Made by a program: the position numbers and the translations under genes. From Alphaproteobacteria bacterium (GTDB taxonomy: Bacteria > Pseudomonadota > Alphaproteobacteria > UBA828), in assembly GCA_963667785.2 (NCBI GenBank), contig CAXXMU010000002.1, forward strand, positions 909,933 through 973,932: a DNA stretch of 64,000 nt. Direction: 5' to 3'. How positions within the stretch are numbered: the first letter of the stretch is position 1; the number at the start of each line of letters is the position of its first letter. The notes under the pieces were generated by a model that saw only the letters and a list, made by a program, of their open reading frames with translations, ran no database searches and was not told the origin of the DNA. Shown here one piece after another: positions 61,052 to 64,000 of this stretch.

Positions 61052-63040
61052 TCAGGCGCTCGAGCGCGATGCGCGCTACCGCGTACGGCGCGAGCGCGAG
61101 GCGGCCCGGATCGCCCGGCGCGCCGGGACTCGCCGCGAAGCCGGCGGGATCCGTCGCCGCCTGGACGAAGGTGCTCGAAATCCAGCCGGCCGATGGTGGC
61201 CGGGCCCGCCCCGATTCCCGAGACCGTCACCCGCTGCGGCTCCGGCGTGAGGTTGGCGAGCCAGAGCAGCGTGCCGCCGCCGCTCTCGTGGGCGAGGCCG
61301 AGCACGCGCGCAGGGTCTGCGCTCGCGACCGCGCGGACCCCGGCCCCCTTCGCCGCCGCCAGCGCGCCGACGACATGGTAGAGCGGCAGCACCGTCGGCC
61401 CCGCCAGATCGTCGAACCAGGGCTGCGGCTGCTCGGTCCGGCGGTAGACCATGCCGAGCGCGCCGGAGGGTTGGCCGAGCGCCAGCGCCTCGACGCCCAG
61501 CGGCGCCACCCGCGCGGCGTAGCCGAGGGTGAAGGCGGCGCCGAGCAGGGCCCGGTGGCGCGGGTCCTGGCGGTTGAAGGAGTGGCGCCTGTTGTCGTCT
61601 GTTGTGGTGGACGTCCGGCCCGTAGGGGTTGGAGCGCATGCCGATGGCGCTCGGCCCGATGCGGTAGGGCTTGCCGCCGGCGAGCGCCTTGGCCGAGGCG
61701 ACAATGTCCGGCATCGTCTGCAGCGTCTCCATCACCGAGCGGTCGTCCGGCTCGTGCACCACGGCGCAGGTGCAGTGGGTGAGGAAGTCGAAGAGCTCGG
61801 GCGCCGCGCAGTTGCGGTTGAGCTCGGTGAAGCTGGTGAAGACGCCGCCGCCCAGGCGGACGCCGGGGAACGCCGCCCGCGCCGCGCCGTAGACCTCGTC
61901 GAAGTCCGGGATGCCGAGGGCCGCGATCTTCTCCAGGGTGAACTTCAGCAGCCGCGCCTGCTCCGGCACGACGGCCGCGGGCGCGAGGCCGGCGCGTGCC
62001 GCGAGCTCGGCGGCCGTCTTGCAAGCTCGTCCGACACCGGCCGCTCGCAGGGCACGACGATCTCCAGCACGACGCCGGCGCCGAGGGCCTCCGACAGCCC
62101 GCGATAGGCGGCGAGCGTCTCGGCCCCGTCGCCGGCGCGCGGGTCCAGCTCGCAGACGAGATGCCCCGGCCCGAGCGCCTCGAGCAGATCGAGCCCGTGA
62201 TCGAGGCGGTCGCGCTCGGAGGCGGCGACGCCGAGCCCGATCTCCGGCATCCGCGCCCCGGTCTCTTCGCCGAGCGTGACGGCGACCGCCTCGTCGTCAC
62301 CGCCGGCACCCGTCGCGACGGCCGCGGAGCCCGCCTCGATGCTGAGCGTCGCGGTCTGGCGCAGCCGCTCGCCGGCGGCCAGCGTGTAGGGAAAGGGCAG
62401 CGCGAGCGGGCGGTAGTAGGTCTTGTAGGAGGCGTCGGTCCAGTTGCGCTGGTCCTCGGTCTCCCACGGGTCGGCGCCCTCGAAGCGGCAGGTGAGCCAG
62501 ACCCCCGGCGAGACCCGGTGGCGCATGGCGGCGATGTCGAAGAAGGGCTGCAGCGGCATCACCAGGCCGGGAAAGGCGGTCTCCTCCACCGTGCCGTCGC
62601 TGTGGGTGATGGCGCAGGGCTCGCCGGCCACGCCCTCGATCGCGTGGAGCGCGACGAAGCCGGTGCGGCTGGTGGTGAACTCGGTCTCCGGCGTCATCTC
62701 GACCGTGAAGACGAGGTTCCGCTCGTCCTCAGCCACGATGTCGGCCCGGAAGGCCAGCACGCCGTCGCCCGACTCGATGCGCCCGTCATAGCCGACGCGA
62801 AAGCTCGCCGCCCGATTCCTCGATCTCCAGGTTGGCGATCTGCGGCGCGTAGGTCTCCCAGCCCGAGCCGCGCACGACGAAGGCGAGGCCGCGCAGCGCC
62901 TCCGTGCCGCCGAAGCGGATCCAGCGCAGCTTGCCGGCTTCGAGCTCGGCCGTGAGCGCGCCGGCGCTGAGCGTTCGCGCGGCCGCGGGCTCCTCCTCGG
63001 TGCCGTAGAGCTTGAGCGCTTCCGTCGGTGCCGTCGTCAT
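61052..63040 (-). CDS. apnL: D-apionate lactonase (ApnL)-like protein, interrupted by about 4 frameshifts
   Basis: LYGT.E, G.LRWI..GG.EALR...F.VR...W.TY, RTGFV.LH, WETEDQRNWTDASYKTY.RPL..P.PY, FTELNR, VHEPDD.SVMETL, IGMRSNPYG, DPR.R.L.GAA; frame changes near 62810, 62020, 61600 and 61180. Confidence 0.75.
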
Positions 63041-63115
63041 GCTCTCCTTCCCCGCCCGGCCTGGTCCCGGCCCGTTATAGCAGCGCGCGCCGCCGGCAAC
63101 ACCGGATGCTCGTGC

Positions 63116-64000
63116 TCAGGCGCCGACCTCCTCCCAGCGGCCGCTCTCGCCCGAGCGCGCAAGCGCGTCGAGCGCCCGCATCATGCTCACCGAGTCCTCG
63201 AGCGGGAAGAAGGGTGGCGCCTCGCCCCGCACCGCCGCGCAGAAGGCCTCGGCCTGCGGCACGTACTGGTTGACCCGCTCCAGGGTCTCGACCTCCCGGT
63301 TGAGCGGCTCCCAGATCTGGCGGGGGCCGAGGATGGAGATACTGGCCTCGCGGGCAGGCGACTGCGCGAAGGGGTCGGGCAGCTCGATCCGCCCCTCCGT
63401 GCCGTGGATCGCCATGTGCTGATGGGCCGCCATCAGCGTGCCGCAGGTGAAGCTGAGGATGCCGCCCTCCGGGAAGGCCAGCATCGCGCTCGTCAGCACG
63501 TCCACGCCCCAGTCGGGATGGCGCTCGACGGCGGCGAAGGCGCGGAGCGGCTCCGCCTCGAAGACGTAGCGCCCGGTCAGCAGCGGGTAGACGCCGATGT
63601 CGAGCAGCCCGCCGCCGCCCATCTCCCGCTTGTTGCGGATGTTGTCGGCATCGTCCAGGAAGTAGCTGACCCAGCCCTGGATCGCCCGCACCCGGCCGAT
63701 GCGGCCCTCCCGCACCAGCGCGCGCACCCGCCGCCACTGGGGGTGATGGATGACGACGTAGGCCTCCTGAATCTGCACGCCGGTCTCGTCGCGGACGGCG
63801 ATGAGCTGCGCGGCCTCGTCTGCGTCCAGCGCGATGGGCTTCTCGCAGAGCACGTGCTTGCCGGCGCGTGCGGCCTTCGCGGTCCAGGGGACGTGGAGGT
63901 GGTTGGGCAGCGGGGTTGAAGACCACGTCGATGGCGGGGTCGGCGAGCAGGGCATCGTAGTCGCCGTAGGCCTGTGGCAGGTCGAAGCGCGCCGCCACCG
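63116..64000 (-). CDS. Gfo/Idh/MocA family oxidoreductase (5' truncated; frameshift near 63915)
   Basis: Y.DYDALLADP.IDVV.NP | LPNHLH..W, GKHVLCEKP, GGGGLLDIGVYP; extra C in a CCCC run. Confidence 0.88.
   Translation of the reverse strand, partial: RWRRASTCHRPTATTMPCSPTPPSTWSSTPLPNHLHVPWTAKAARAGKHVLCEKPIALDADEAAQLIAVRDETGVQIQEAYVVIHHPQWRRVRALVREGRIGRVRAIQGWVSYFLDDADNIRNKREMGGGGLLDIGVYPLLTGRYVFEAEPLRAFAAVERHPDWGVDVLTSAMLAFPEGGILSFTCGTLMAAHQHMAIHGTEGRIELPDPFAQSPAREASISILGPRQIWEPLNREVETLERVNQYVPQAEAFCAAVRGEAPPFFPLEDSVSMMRALDALARSGESGRWEEVGA

Noticed and set aside
61052-63040. Programmed frameshifting or several separate small genes
   Set aside because: The fragments join into one ApnL-like protein, there are no slippery heptamers, and the pattern fits indel errors.

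Overview
High-GC bacterial chromosome segment, most likely an alphaproteobacterium given its REP-like palindromes, conserved HNH-gloB pair and puuD/xdhABC cluster. It is gene-dense and almost entirely catabolic. From left to right: (1) the end of a sugar-ABC/GMC-oxidoreductase operon; (2) a HisD/HpsN-like dehydrogenase + SDR cluster; (3) a ~25 kb putative N-heterocycle/cyclic-amide catabolic region (Rieske oxygenase alpha/beta, CmcJ/NvfI-type oxygenase, EamA, CoxG, CoxMSL-type Mo-hydroxylase, racemase, M20 amidohydrolase, hydantoinase/oxoprolinase B+A, PotABC-type ABC transporter with two Tat-type binding proteins, GntR), which also holds a highly divergent, GroES-less GroEL with Asn at the catalytic Asp398 position; (4) ruvX, an aromatic amino-acid decarboxylase and an SDR; (5) an AT-rich islet with one ABC-ATPase-TOPRIM (OLD/PARIS-like) gene bordered by an SRAP gene remnant; (6) HU, an amidohydrolase, HNH and gloB; (7) a purine-catabolism operon (uraH-xdhABC-ABC/BMP-puuD-uraD-guaD); (8) an acyl-CoA dehydrogenase pair + enoyl-CoA hydratase + Ser/Thr dehydratase; (9) a VapBC module; (10) an ApnL-like sugar-acid cluster with several frameshifts that are probably sequencing errors. 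Two families of intergenic palindromic repeats are present. I saw no rRNA, tRNA, CRISPR array or transposase. All family calls come from motif recognition by eye, with no database search.
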